NCBI GenBank assembly: GCA_050173015.1
Contig: JBFXLE010000007.1
Span: 1-64,000, forward strand
DNA: 64,000 bases
Origin: Calditrichaceae bacterium
GTDB lineage: Bacteria > Calditrichota > Calditrichia > Calditrichales > JBFXGD01
Direction: 5' to 3'
Shown: one piece after another, positions 19,201 to 27,260 of the stretch
Position numbering within the stretch: the stretch's first letter is position 1
Layout: the number at the start of each line of letters is the position of its first letter
The notes under the pieces: model-generated
What the model saw: only the letters and a program-made list of their open reading frames with translations
Told to the model about the DNA's origin: nothing
Database searches by the model: none
Translations under genes and position numbers: made by a program

Positions 19201-21969
19201 CCGGTCTCCCTGTCCCATCCCGGAGACAGGAATCTGGCCGTTAGAGGCTTCTTTATCAATTTCCATGATAATATCTTCGGTGACATAGCGGTCCGCCATT
19301 TCAGTCAATTGATTTGAGCGATGGACCTTGGTTGTGTCGTGGATCCTGTTTTGCTCTTTCACCCAGTATTTTTTCTCTTCAAGATCGGGGGCGTTGTATA
19401 TCAGCCTGTCCATATATTGCCGTTCTTCCTGAGCGACTTTATTCTGCGGACAATAATTCACACAAGCGTTGCATAAAGCGCAGTTCAGATCCAGTAATTC
19501 AGGTATCTGACGCGGTTTCCCTTCACGGGCTCCGTACATACAGGCGTTTTCGTCGCTGCACATGCCGCAATGGATACATGTGGTTGAATCTATAAATAAC
19601 TTTCCGTATTCAAATCCCCGGGGATAAAGAATTTTTAACCCATGAGAAAGATGAGATTTTTCATCTTTTTGCTCAGCTAAAGTATGCTCAGTATAAAGAG
19701 GGCTCTCCTTCATCACCTGCCAAAAACGGTCAATAAATTCATTTTTCTCCTGATGACTCATTGCAAGGGCTTCGATAAACCGGTTATCTTTTTCCACTAA
19801 ATCAAATAATTCGGTCAGTGGTATATCTGTTGGACATACATGAGTACAATTATCACATCGTGTGCAGATCAAAAAACCGGCCGCTTCTTCTTTTGTGATT
19901 GATTCATCTTCAACAAGCCTTAAGGCCGTTTTTCGCCTTGTGATCGGCGTGGCTAATCCATAAAGGCCAAAGACATCTGAAGTGGGGCAAACGCGCTCAC
20001 AACTGTCACATTCTGCGCAGGGGGCGATTAATTCAGCCAGCGGTTTTTTATGAGCTTTCAGTCCCGGCGGAACCATTTTGGGGAAAATCGAACCGCTGAC
20101 ATTCCATACCAATCTTTCAAAAGGGTATGACAAAACATATCTTTTGCCCTGCTGTCTTTTATGAGATGTGTTTACAATCCAGTGATTAAAAATAGGGGTC
20201 AGTCGTGAAAATATGCGGAATGCCAATTTTTGGTTCTTTGTATTGATAAATTTTCCGCGATTAATCAATCCATGTCTGTCTGACTCCGATTTTAGATTGC
20301 TCAGGTAACGAAACTTCTCTCCGGCGATCTGTTTCCACTTCTTGAAAAAGGGGAAATTCCAAATTCCAATACCGTATGGCCGGGCGCCAAAATATATAGC
20401 GACTTCTGTCATCAGGGGAACCAGCGCAAAATAGAGTTTATGTCTCAGAGTCCTCGTATCGGCCAGAATTAAAGATTGCAGAAGCAGCTCACCCGTTGAC
20501 AGCAAATGAGCCTCCGTTTTTAAGTCAATATTTAATAGTTTTTGCAAAATTTGCCTGATCATTGTTTGATAAGCCAAAAATGCATCCAATGGGATAATAG
20601 TCTCACTCACCAGCATGGAAGGTCCTTTTTGCTTCATTTGGACCGGAAGAAAACGGTGGTTCCATAATTTATGAGCGAGGATGGTTGATACTTGCAAATA
20701 GGTGAGCTGATGAAATCTGATCTTTTGTCCGGACGCGGCAAATAGCCTGGTTTTTAACGCTTTCTGATAATCATCTTTTTCATCAAACTGCATAACAATG
20801 ATATGATCATAATCACCCAGCTCCTGCAAATACTCATAATCTTCTCTAGCCTCAGCAAGCCTGATCTGATCATTCCGGCGCAAGGCTTCGGATGATCGCT
20901 TCTCTGAATGCTCATTCTCAATAAGGAAGGTTTCTTCAATATAAGATTTGTCAAAATAGATGACAGAGGTGGGTTTGATCTCTTTTTCCTTTAATATGCG
21001 CATAAATTCGCACGCGTCTTCGGGATCATTAAAGGAAAAAGCAAATGGTTTGGAAAGATAACTCTCTTTTCTTACTCTGAGTATGACTCCGACAATGATC
21101 CCTATTTGCCCTTCACTCCCAAAATAATGATTGAAATCATCCTGATCATAATCTACAACCTTGAGTTCTCCCTGCGGAGTTATGAGGAGAATTGAAATTA
21201 TTGATCGGCTTATGTGCCCGTATTTATAGCTGCCGAGACCCAATCCTCCGGTGGCAATCCAACCTGTTATTGTGCCGCTGTTCTTATTAGTGATCTCCTG
21301 CCGAAGCGCGAATCCCCTTTCTTTAAGATAGTTCCGCGCATCAGGAAAAATGACACCCGCGCTAAATCCAAAGACCCCCTTTTCCGGATCAAGGTATTTG
21401 AAATCCAGATATGATAAATCCAAAATGATGTCATCGTTGATCGGCACCGCTCCGCCGAAAGGCCAGGTTCCCGCTCCGCGGATAGTATAGTGGATATTGT
21501 TTTTATGAGCCCATTCTACAAATATTCTGGTATCCTCAATGGTTCCGGGGCGGACAATAAACGAGCATCTCACGTTTAGCAGCCATTTTTTAAAAAGTCT
21601 GGGGACCATATGCGTGCCTGTATCGGCCGAATAGATTTCACGCTGTACAGCTCCCGGGATAAATATTTCAGTTGCCGGACTGAGTAGTTGCCCGAGTGTT
21701 TCCATTTGCCCCTGATATTTTCTGGGAACCGATAGATTATCTCTTACTCCGTCCAGTATTAATTGCCGTGATTTTTGCTGTTCTCTTACCTTGTTCTGGC
21801 AAGATTGATTAAGCAGGTAGGAAAATATTTTGTCCCGATCGCCCGCCGGAAGTGCATTCATCATTAAAAATTCTCCCGTGTTTGGAAGTTTGAAGTACTT
21901 CAAAGGCTCGTGTGATTGATTAAATATCTTTTTCTGACAATCATTTAAAAACTGGAACTTATCCAACAA
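13237..21969 (-). CDS. Giant glutamate-synthase-related multidomain protein: FAD-binding (PCMH/GlcD-like) oxidoreductase + two 2[4Fe-4S]-type domains + degenerate FMN barrel + intact FMN barrel + class II glutamine amidotransferase + GXGXG domain
   Basis: Uninterrupted 2910-codon ORF. FAD domain: IRGAGTWPFGGAVP, GSEGQIGII. Fe-S: CAECDSCERVCP, CTRCDNCTHVCP, CIHCGMC, CALCNACVNYCP. FMN barrel: TGEGG, SQGAKMGIGGH, DGPRGGTGASP, SGGIRT, CDRNRNCHDGC. GATase: CGVAAI, HVRLAT, AHPF, HNGE. Gly-repeat beta-helix at the C-terminus. The TTG start is uncertain. Confidence 0.88.
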   Translation of the reverse strand: MLDKFQFLNDCQKKIFNQSHEPLKYFKLPNTGEFLMMNALPAGDRDKIFSYLLNQSCQNKVREQQKSRQLILDGVRDNLSVPRKYQGQMETLGQLLSPATEIFIPGAVQREIYSADTGTHMVPRLFKKWLLNVRCSFIVRPGTIEDTRIFVEWAHKNNIHYTIRGAGTWPFGGAVPINDDIILDLSYLDFKYLDPEKGVFGFSAGVIFPDARNYLKERGFALRQEITNKNSGTITGWIATGGLGLGSYKYGHISRSIISILLITPQGELKVVDYDQDDFNHYFGSEGQIGIIVGVILRVRKESYLSKPFAFSFNDPEDACEFMRILKEKEIKPTSVIYFDKSYIEETFLIENEHSEKRSSEALRRNDQIRLAEAREDYEYLQELGDYDHIIVMQFDEKDDYQKALKTRLFAASGQKIRFHQLTYLQVSTILAHKLWNHRFLPVQMKQKGPSMLVSETIIPLDAFLAYQTMIRQILQKLLNIDLKTEAHLLSTGELLLQSLILADTRTLRHKLYFALVPLMTEVAIYFGARPYGIGIWNFPFFKKWKQIAGEKFRYLSNLKSESDRHGLINRGKFINTKNQKLAFRIFSRLTPIFNHWIVNTSHKRQQGKRYVLSYPFERLVWNVSGSIFPKMVPPGLKAHKKPLAELIAPCAECDSCERVCPTSDVFGLYGLATPITRRKTALRLVEDESITKEEAAGFLICTRCDNCTHVCPTDIPLTELFDLVEKDNRFIEALAMSHQEKNEFIDRFWQVMKESPLYTEHTLAEQKDEKSHLSHGLKILYPRGFEYGKLFIDSTTCIHCGMCSDENACMYGAREGKPRQIPELLDLNCALCNACVNYCPQNKVAQEERQYMDRLIYNAPDLEEKKYWVKEQNRIHDTTKVHRSNQLTEMADRYVTEDIIMEIDKEASNGQIPVSGMGQGDRHMGIGFDAERFAHFHIVGPAQNRLHEGDPDEELSIILGKRDSYCRFDNKGSLLNEPYPTIKLMSPILYNTVSLESNGRVELALIKVAEKQKTLVAIELERLLENYNFIIKEGEYEHLPRVIIPRVDHELIHRLIVNPRTNREFLTDLWQMPVFEVEYHPNIERTLSYIRESVEAADKQAPLISGYIEISEYDLIGSLSPARKVKEKVNHLLDQGIDILHIHGMRNKDEYFVTSGAVRALHHYLMRIGRRHELSLIASGGIRLASDSQKTIQRGAEGTMIDFAALLALDPTSYKAIVEEKTTTEKLLSLDIEEAVKRLNNQAESRKVQILEVLGASGFKDIKKTVGEEGRLIDFHQLENRLQRDVFENESLIGGYEKLNGEIIAGEFIDNKYIRTYQNLKDKIKPLNSPHNFYRLGDTNQTLYKRDYVWPGSLIESLGKMASGDLSMLDFRNVKPTGLLGDGFDVMKILYNKDPMDIPDSALNEVRTALSLDKDLVLEAPWMFGGKSVGSIGLDTWRAHVIAARELGIQYDTGEGGYPTSFFLNSKGEPVFFSENVIQLIRPLFVSGEQYTIDEIRSILRTEGITEESNPEIFEQIKHYPSLKPFHFMVVVDKDDEPFVSTEMKTGLFGVTKETIRKARRVVIAYSQGAKMGIGGHILAKKVNKLVSYLRGIEGVEKINAQRIEGLFGQLNKIIKKESHPLKDIAQSGLKIIDEAQELQTVTENLKEILFEFQEAVYRLHKEKVLDDIDFENLIGLCETVINYSYSSIISPFPFHNCYSIEDVKAFIDVVHMINPGAVISVKVSPSIDIEFIATGLGRIAKDNTEEIIKTRFGDIDPEDYTDEVKEYARKFGMKIEIWLDGPRGGTGASPNIIKGQMGMHIEYAIPLIHSRLVKDGLRNHVNFLVSGGIRTYEDVIKSIALGADGIIWGTAPLVAIGCDRNRNCHDGCSRGIATSNLTMQKLRDVEKNTIQMINAFTMMQMHVIRGIAALGFKDIRELRGRFDKLHWIGLKERVDHRFRVNKEIQKEIEMDERLFVERMEHTTGQSNCGVAAINGSMPVPGYILDSALNAMRNRGMDGVGVAKSLCFPDHQNEYGYSIMVKGVLQKDIESNLSLQWQAEGRAFDEIILRKEARKLTLYLREEIMHKIKSVFLDPFFDFYAETDVQKVRDIYKLDEEGEEIDFRHFGDENTDPGDIFRFFTRVKKDVIYKYVEDTLLKYDWSHFLIHQFPNVTKENYKDQPDFLQKAEDLYVFDHSINLTRILYTSNIDAERLNKFAESRNVDIDIKNINQSEYEKLSIDLLSLLREFIREYPFEHNKHMYKTREFKIAAVMSCGKNFATWKTAGRVIPWQTPDAPNNIIHVRLATGSVVEQMNAHPFTKLHTALTHNGETTNYEALRQRVEQFGLSPLASTDTDVAALKFHLIADEWAYPDWAMFESFSPTTGDDLKLIDPDLKPKLEQIQRVEFASSPDGPYQYLCLRHDPQKKITERVDLKDPADLRPNVSAFWKDGDRVFSMIASEEQALNKILELLDKDGLIDGVMPDKVLVSSGMISRYHYDDSNKITGFEFIDRYGKEISIESMGKHHSIRRAKLVEPSDATKFIGWEKDFKVFFRKNLSVITFNDLGWLLNKLVAETDNTGAFLKNLETMTWFRDSIRTLDPGDKAQSSLIDMSQYFIDQLLDRSKEPQFTGLVQVNREGAESFNISPGDNHVIVVDAGHFLPEGSDPALSLAAFLNRAYDMGWRKYLIHRAAGQRLISTAVMGGGDTDDVVMDVYGSAGEYFGAFMQGGTIRLHGNAQNFCAMGMHHGNLYVYGNAGKVCGYASKGGKVFIMGNVVDRCWTNSVNDSRCQDLEVFILGSATKYAGESLMGGNFFFGGMHFNTRGQLCLNERPYLGTKMLGGASRGNFVFFDPKNRLMEAQYTHGKVKEFTDTEWKYYIEKIKEVFELSNIPLFKKNGSEFINVDGEMIEICRDVFKLIVPKGGLKGYESH

Positions 21970-22021
21970 TCAGAGGGGAAACTATGATCGAAATCAACAA
22001 TAATGCAGAATAAAAAATATA

Positions 22022-22095
22022 CGCGCTCAGGTTCCATATTCCGGCGGATAGAGATGCCCTGTAACACAGCCGGCAGTTAAATCATCAAGCGGGAG
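22022..22095 (-). promoter_or_regulatory. Possible structured 5' leader of the giant gene (k-turn-like)
   Basis: GC-rich patch in an AT-rich spacer: CGC-UUGAUGA ... CUGA-GCG enclosing a CCGGC/GCCGG helix. Confidence 0.3.
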
Positions 22096-22122
22096 ACTTA
22101 TGAGAATCAGTAGAAAAATACA

Positions 22123-22153
22123 AAAAAAGGCGGCAATTTTATATGCCGCCTTT
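22123..22153 (-). terminator. Rho-independent terminator after metK
   Basis: Minus strand AAAGGCGGCA-tataaaat-TGCCGCCTTTTTTT. Confidence 0.85.
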
Positions 22154-22157
22154 ATAA

Positions 22158-23297
22158 TTATTTCGCGTTCTGCAGATCTTTTACACGATCCGTTTTTTCC
22201 CAGGTAAATTCTTTTAACTCTCTCCCAAAGTGCCCGTATGCAGCAGTTTTTCTATAGATTGGCCGTCTCAGCTGAAGAGTCTCAATAATGCCGGCAGGAG
22301 TAAAATCAAAGATGTCACCTACAATTTTTTCGATTTTCTCTTCATCAATAATGCCTGTACCGAACGTTTCGATCATCAAAGAAACCGGTTCTGAAACGCC
22401 AATGGCATATGCAACCTGAATTCCGCAACGTTCTGCAAGTCCGGTCGCCACGATATTTTTCGCCACATATCTGGCAAAATATGATGCAGACCGATCCACT
22501 TTCGTAGGATCCTTTCCACTAAAAGCTCCGCCTCCATGGCTGTACATACCACCATATGTATCAACAATAATTTTTCTGCCGGTAAGACCGGTATCTCCCT
22601 GCGGTCCTCCGGTTACAAACCGGCCGGTCGGATTAATAAAATATTCTATACCAGCGGATTTTTGTAATTCGACCGGAATTACTTTTTTTATAACTTCTTC
22701 GATGACCGCGTCTCTGAGAATGGCAGATGAAACATCGGGATTATGCTGAGTAGAAACAACAACCTTCTCAACACCGACGGGTATGCCGTCCTGATATCGT
22801 ATAGATACCTGGGATTTACCATCCGGCCTCAAAAATGGCAGGATACCCGACTTGCGCACCTCCGCCAGTTTAGCTGTAATCTTATGGGCCAGAGAAATCG
22901 GCATCGGCATATATTCCGGGGTTTCTTTGCAGGCATATCCGAACATCATACCCTGATCACCGGCACCGGCCTTGTCAACTCCCATGGCAATATCATTGGA
23001 CTGCTGATCAATTGATGTCATTACCGCGCAGGTTTCGTAATCGAAACCATAACTCGCGTTTGTATATCCTATATCTTTTATAACTTCCCTCGCCAGCGCC
23101 GGAATATCAACATAACAATCGGTAGTAATTTCCCCGCCGATTAGTGTTAATCCGGTTGTAACAAATGTTTCGCAAGCGACTCTCCCGAACGGATCCTTAG
23201 CCAGTACCGCATCTAAAACTGCATCCGATATCTGATCAGCTATCTTATCCGGATGGCCTTCGGTCACTGATTCGGATGAAAATAAATAGTTCGCCAT
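22158..23297 (-). CDS. metK: S-adenosylmethionine synthetase
   Basis: [33 protein letters not shown]. Confidence 0.97.
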   Translation of the reverse strand: MANYLFSSESVTEGHPDKIADQISDAVLDAVLAKDPFGRVACETFVTTGLTLIGGEITTDCYVDIPALAREVIKDIGYTNASYGFDYETCAVMTSIDQQSNDIAMGVDKAGAGDQGMMFGYACKETPEYMPMPISLAHKITAKLAEVRKSGILPFLRPDGKSQVSIRYQDGIPVGVEKVVVSTQHNPDVSSAILRDAVIEEVIKKVIPVELQKSAGIEYFINPTGRFVTGGPQGDTGLTGRKIIVDTYGGMYSHGGGAFSGKDPTKVDRSASYFARYVAKNIVATGLAERCGIQVAYAIGVSEPVSLMIETFGTGIIDEEKIEKIVGDIFDFTPAGIIETLQLRRPIYRKTAAYGHFGRELKEFTWEKTDRVKDLQNAK

Positions 23298-23386
23298 TAA
23301 TCACTCCTTCAACTACAATATGAATTAAGTTTAGCTGTTAAATATAGCGAATTTTTGACTATAATTCCAGCCAACCTTTTCCGGAA

Positions 23387-24430
23387 TCAATTCTCAAATT
23401 TTGCCAGTTGACTCTTTAAATAATCAATGTTTTTGATATCCTGCGGCGATTTCTTGTAAGCCAATGCCAGATAATAACTGACCCAGTCGCCCAAAATAAT
23501 CAGGGAAAACACTTTTTCGAGGTTCGTTTCACCGGCAGAATATATATCTACAACTTCAACCCCGCGATCCTTGATAATTTTTTTGGATAGTTCTATCCTC
23601 TGTTTTATGCGCGGCAGAGGATTCTCATTTTCTACAAATATGACGATAAAATCTTTGACACATGGCTGTTCAAGCTCCCATCCGACTATTTCATTGTGAT
23701 TAAACTCGGGGAGGACATTTGAAAACGCCAATGATTTGCCGTTTTCCTGCATCTGATTTTGCCAACGTCTTGAAATTGAACTTAAGTATGGCGCCGTAGA
23801 ATAGATAATTGGAATTTTTTTGTGAATGGTCTGAGCAAGCTCCCTGGAAAGAATATGACTATCCGTCATGGTATAATCGTTTCTTTTTGACATCTCTTTT
23901 GTAAACTTTATAAGCTGACTCAAATCCGGATCATAATCATTTAACAGCCCCAGGTTACCTAACATATGATAAAGGGGAAAGAAAATATATCCCAGAGCCT
24001 GACGGGGAGGATACCCTTCAGGTATTTCAATGATACCCCAGTTCTTTTCTTTCGCTCTTTCTTTTAATGTACCACCGGAAGTAATAACGACGAATTGCGC
24101 TCCTGAATCGGCGATACTATCTATGGCCATGAGTGTTTCCTCGGTATTCCCTGAGTAACTTGCGGCAATGACGAGCGTATTCGAATCGCAAAATTTTGGT
24201 GCGTAATATCCCCTTGTTACGCGAAGGGGAATATTTAAACTATCAAAAAGAACATCATTTAGAATATCCCCGGCAATGGCTGATCCACCCATTCCAAGAT
24301 ATAATATATTCTGAATGTTCTCTGATTTTAGTGAAATATTCGCTTTAACATACAAATCATTACTTTCCTGAATCTGTTTGTAGAAGTTGTTCAAATAATT
24401 TTTGAATCCGGATTTGTCGATTGAGTACAT
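23387..24430 (-). CDS. Bifunctional phosphoglucose/phosphomannose isomerase (SIS family)
   Basis: GMGGSA, SYSGNTEET, TSGG, PPRQA, ENGK, PEFNHNE. Confidence 0.9.
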   Translation of the reverse strand: MYSIDKSGFKNYLNNFYKQIQESNDLYVKANISLKSENIQNILYLGMGGSAIAGDILNDVLFDSLNIPLRVTRGYYAPKFCDSNTLVIAASYSGNTEETLMAIDSIADSGAQFVVITSGGTLKERAKEKNWGIIEIPEGYPPRQALGYIFFPLYHMLGNLGLLNDYDPDLSQLIKFTKEMSKRNDYTMTDSHILSRELAQTIHKKIPIIYSTAPYLSSISRRWQNQMQENGKSLAFSNVLPEFNHNEIVGWELEQPCVKDFIVIFVENENPLPRIKQRIELSKKIIKDRGVEVVDIYSAGETNLEKVFSLIILGDWVSYYLALAYKKSPQDIKNIDYLKSQLAKFEN

Positions 24431-24443
24431 TGTTTGACGTCTC

Positions 24444-26228
24444 CTATTTTATAAATTTTAGATTCGGCACATTGGCTTTAAGGAAAGCCTGACATTTTAT
24501 TTCGATCTGTCTTGCCGTATGTAATTTTTTTACAGACTTGTATAAAGCATCACATTTTTCCGTATCCAGCGAACGCACAATTTTTTTTACTTCGGGAAGC
24601 GCGTGCGGATTTACGCTGATGCATCTTAATCCTAAACCCAATAAAAGCGGAATAGCCTCAGGAACGGATCCAAGTTCCCCGCATAGACTTACATCAATAT
24701 TGTGTCTATTCGCGGCTTTCACGGTTTTTGCGATCAGCTCTACAACGGCCGGATTAAACGCGCTGCAGGACCGGGCAACTTTGTCGTTTGTCCGGTCTAT
24801 GGCCAATACATACTGGGTCAGATCGTTTGTACCTATACTGAAAAAATCAACATATTCTGCGAGTATGTTTGCGGTAATAGCGGCTGATGGGGTTTCAATC
24901 ATAATACCAATTGGCACATCCTTGTTAAATGATTTCCCTTTTTGATCCAGCTCCTGCTGAACTTCACAAATTAGTTCTTTTGTCAGCAATATTTCATCAA
25001 CGCACGATACCATAGGAAGCAGGATTTTTAAATTTCCATGAGCGCTCGCTCTTAACAAAGCCCTTAGCTGAGTTTTAAAAACGTCCGGCGTGTCGAGACA
25101 AAATCTGATCGCTCTCCATCCAAGGAAAGGATTAAGTTCATTTTCATGTCCGTATCCCGGTTTTATTTTATCTCCGCCAAGATCTATTGTTCGAATTATT
25201 ACTGTTTGAGGAGAAAGATGTTCCACTAATTTTTTGTATACTTTATATTGAACCTTTTCCGACGGATTATTCTGATTTTCAAGATACATTCCTTCTGTCC
25301 TGAAGAGTCCCACTCCATCGGCTCTGTTTCGTTTCACATCAGCTATTTCGTGATCGAATTCAATATTCGCCAGCAGTTTAATCTGCTTATTATCCAACGT
25401 TATTGACGGCTCTTTTACCTGCTTAAATAAATCACCTTCAAACTGTATATGCTCCTTCTGCACTTCCCGGTAATGCTCCATCGTCTTTTTATCGGGATTC
25501 AGCACTATTTTTCCTTCAAATCCGTCAATAATAACATAATCATCATTTAACAGAAGTTTTGAAAGATTTGTCCTGTTCACAACCGCCGGGATTTTTAAAC
25601 TACGCGCCAGAATAGCGGCGTGCGATGTTTTTCCACCCTGATCGGTCAGAAATCCAAGTAAAAAATTCCTGTTAAAATTGATTGTATCGGACGGAGATAG
25701 TGATTCCGCAATGACGATTGACGGAGATGAGAGCAAATACTCGGTATGAATTCCTAAAATCGCATGAAGAAGTTTTTGTTTCAAATCGATGATATCAAAT
25801 GCGCGTTCACGAAAATAGATATTTTCCAGATTAATAAAATAATCACTTTTTTGTGAGAGAATTTTGGAGATTATACTAACAGATGTCTGGCCGGAATTTC
25901 GAATTTCATCCTCAATTTCTTTGATCAGGATGGGATCGTCCAGAAAGGCTTTCTGGCTGTCAAAAATATCCGAAAATTGTTTTCCATAATGAGTTTCGCT
26001 GCTGAGCCGGGCGGATTCTAACTGCTCCTTCACATTTTGCCTTGCTTCTGAAAACAAGTCGATTTCTCTGTTGACATCTGTAGACCGGATATCAAGACGG
26101 GCAAAATCAACAGACGGTCGACGGAAAACATATACATACCCGAGTGCAATACCCGGTGAAATTGCATATCCGTCCAGCACGACCTCTGTTCGGGATTTTT
26201 TTAGCGAGTTGTTCCCATTATTCTTCAT
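24444..26228 (-). CDS. ptsI: PTS enzyme I (PEP-protein phosphotransferase)
   Basis: GGKTSHAAILARS phospho-His motif, GVGLFRTE, NPFLGWRAIR, SIGTNDLTQY. The start is probably the ATG at 26228, overlapping the end of HPr. Confidence 0.95.
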   Translation of the reverse strand: MKNNGNNSLKKSRTEVVLDGYAISPGIALGYVYVFRRPSVDFARLDIRSTDVNREIDLFSEARQNVKEQLESARLSSETHYGKQFSDIFDSQKAFLDDPILIKEIEDEIRNSGQTSVSIISKILSQKSDYFINLENIYFRERAFDIIDLKQKLLHAILGIHTEYLLSSPSIVIAESLSPSDTINFNRNFLLGFLTDQGGKTSHAAILARSLKIPAVVNRTNLSKLLLNDDYVIIDGFEGKIVLNPDKKTMEHYREVQKEHIQFEGDLFKQVKEPSITLDNKQIKLLANIEFDHEIADVKRNRADGVGLFRTEGMYLENQNNPSEKVQYKVYKKLVEHLSPQTVIIRTIDLGGDKIKPGYGHENELNPFLGWRAIRFCLDTPDVFKTQLRALLRASAHGNLKILLPMVSCVDEILLTKELICEVQQELDQKGKSFNKDVPIGIMIETPSAAITANILAEYVDFFSIGTNDLTQYVLAIDRTNDKVARSCSAFNPAVVELIAKTVKAANRHNIDVSLCGELGSVPEAIPLLLGLGLRCISVNPHALPEVKKIVRSLDTEKCDALYKSVKKLHTARQIEIKCQAFLKANVPNLKFIK

Positions 26229-26484
26229 AAAAATTTTTATCAATTAATTCCTTGATTGCGTTCATGGCTTCCATTTCATCATCTCCATCAATCTGCAGAA
26301 CTAATTCACTGCCGGTCTCGGCGGCTAGCATCATGACACCCATAATACTCTTGCCGTTTACTTCCAGGCCATCTTTTAAAATTTTAATTTCTGATGCGAA
26401 TTTGCCTGCAATTTTAACCAGGTGCGCCGCAGGTCGAGCGTGTAATCCATTTTTATTCTTTATTCTCAATATTTCTTCTATCAT
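26218..26484 (-). CDS. ptsH: Phosphocarrier protein HPr
   Basis: GLHARPA (His15) and KSIMG (Ser46). Confidence 0.95.
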   Translation of the reverse strand: MIEEILRIKNKNGLHARPAAHLVKIAGKFASEIKILKDGLEVNGKSIMGVMMLAAETGSELVLQIDGDDEMEAMNAIKELIDKNFYEE

Positions 26485-27248
26485 ATAATAACCGCCATAA
26501 TTCCTATCATGAATGCTAAAATTAAGGGTAGTAAAATCGGACTGTAAACCGCCATTTTTTTATTCCGCAGATAAACTGCAAGCCCGATACTGGAAGCAAA
26601 CACCAATAAACCGGTAAGATCTGAATGCAGATTTTTTATTGCAATAAATCCTATAAAAGCGCCGATTGCAACGGTACCAAGATGGAGAAAAAAGTTCTTC
26701 AGCAATGCAAAACGTTCTATTTTTATTTGCTTATAGGACTGATATCCTTCTTGATACCCTTTTATAATTCCAAAAAATCTTACATAGATATGCGGAACAT
26801 TAAAAAGGATAAGTAAAAGTACAAGAAAAAGCAATTGAACCTTTAAATTTCGTATCATTATTATTCCGGCTGCTCCAAGGACAAGAGACGTCGGCTTTAT
26901 TATTCCCCAGAACAATTGATCCCCGACAGCGCCAAGCGGACCGATTAGCGCGTTTTTAAATTTTTCAATCTGTTCTGTTCTTAATGACGGATCATTTACT
27001 GAATCTTCTTCAAGACGCGCGATTGCCCCAAGAGCGAATGATGCAAAATACGGATGGGAATTAAAAAATCCCAGATGCCTCTTTAAAAAGAGAGCATATT
27101 CTTCTTTGGTTGTGTAGAGCCTCTTTGCAACCGGAATCATTGCAAAACTAAATCCTATTGACACCAGACTTTTAAAATTCCATGCTGTCTGAAAAAAGAA
27201 AGAGCGGAAAAACATCGATATAAAATCACTGTATTTTAGTTTTTTCAC
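26481..27248 (-). CDS. PTS mannose/fructose/sorbose family IID component
   Basis: RSFFFQTAWNF, RHLGFFNSHPY, GPLGAVGDQLFW. Confidence 0.9.
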   Translation of the reverse strand: MKKLKYSDFISMFFRSFFFQTAWNFKSLVSIGFSFAMIPVAKRLYTTKEEYALFLKRHLGFFNSHPYFASFALGAIARLEEDSVNDPSLRTEQIEKFKNALIGPLGAVGDQLFWGIIKPTSLVLGAAGIIMIRNLKVQLLFLVLLLILFNVPHIYVRFFGIIKGYQEGYQSYKQIKIERFALLKNFFLHLGTVAIGAFIGFIAIKNLHSDLTGLLVFASSIGLAVYLRNKKMAVYSPILLPLILAFMIGIMAVII

Positions 27249-27260
27249 GATCCAAACTTC

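Noticed and set aside
23298-23386. SAM riboswitch upstream of metK
   Set aside because: The 89-nt AT-rich spacer has no SAM-I or SAM-II motifs.
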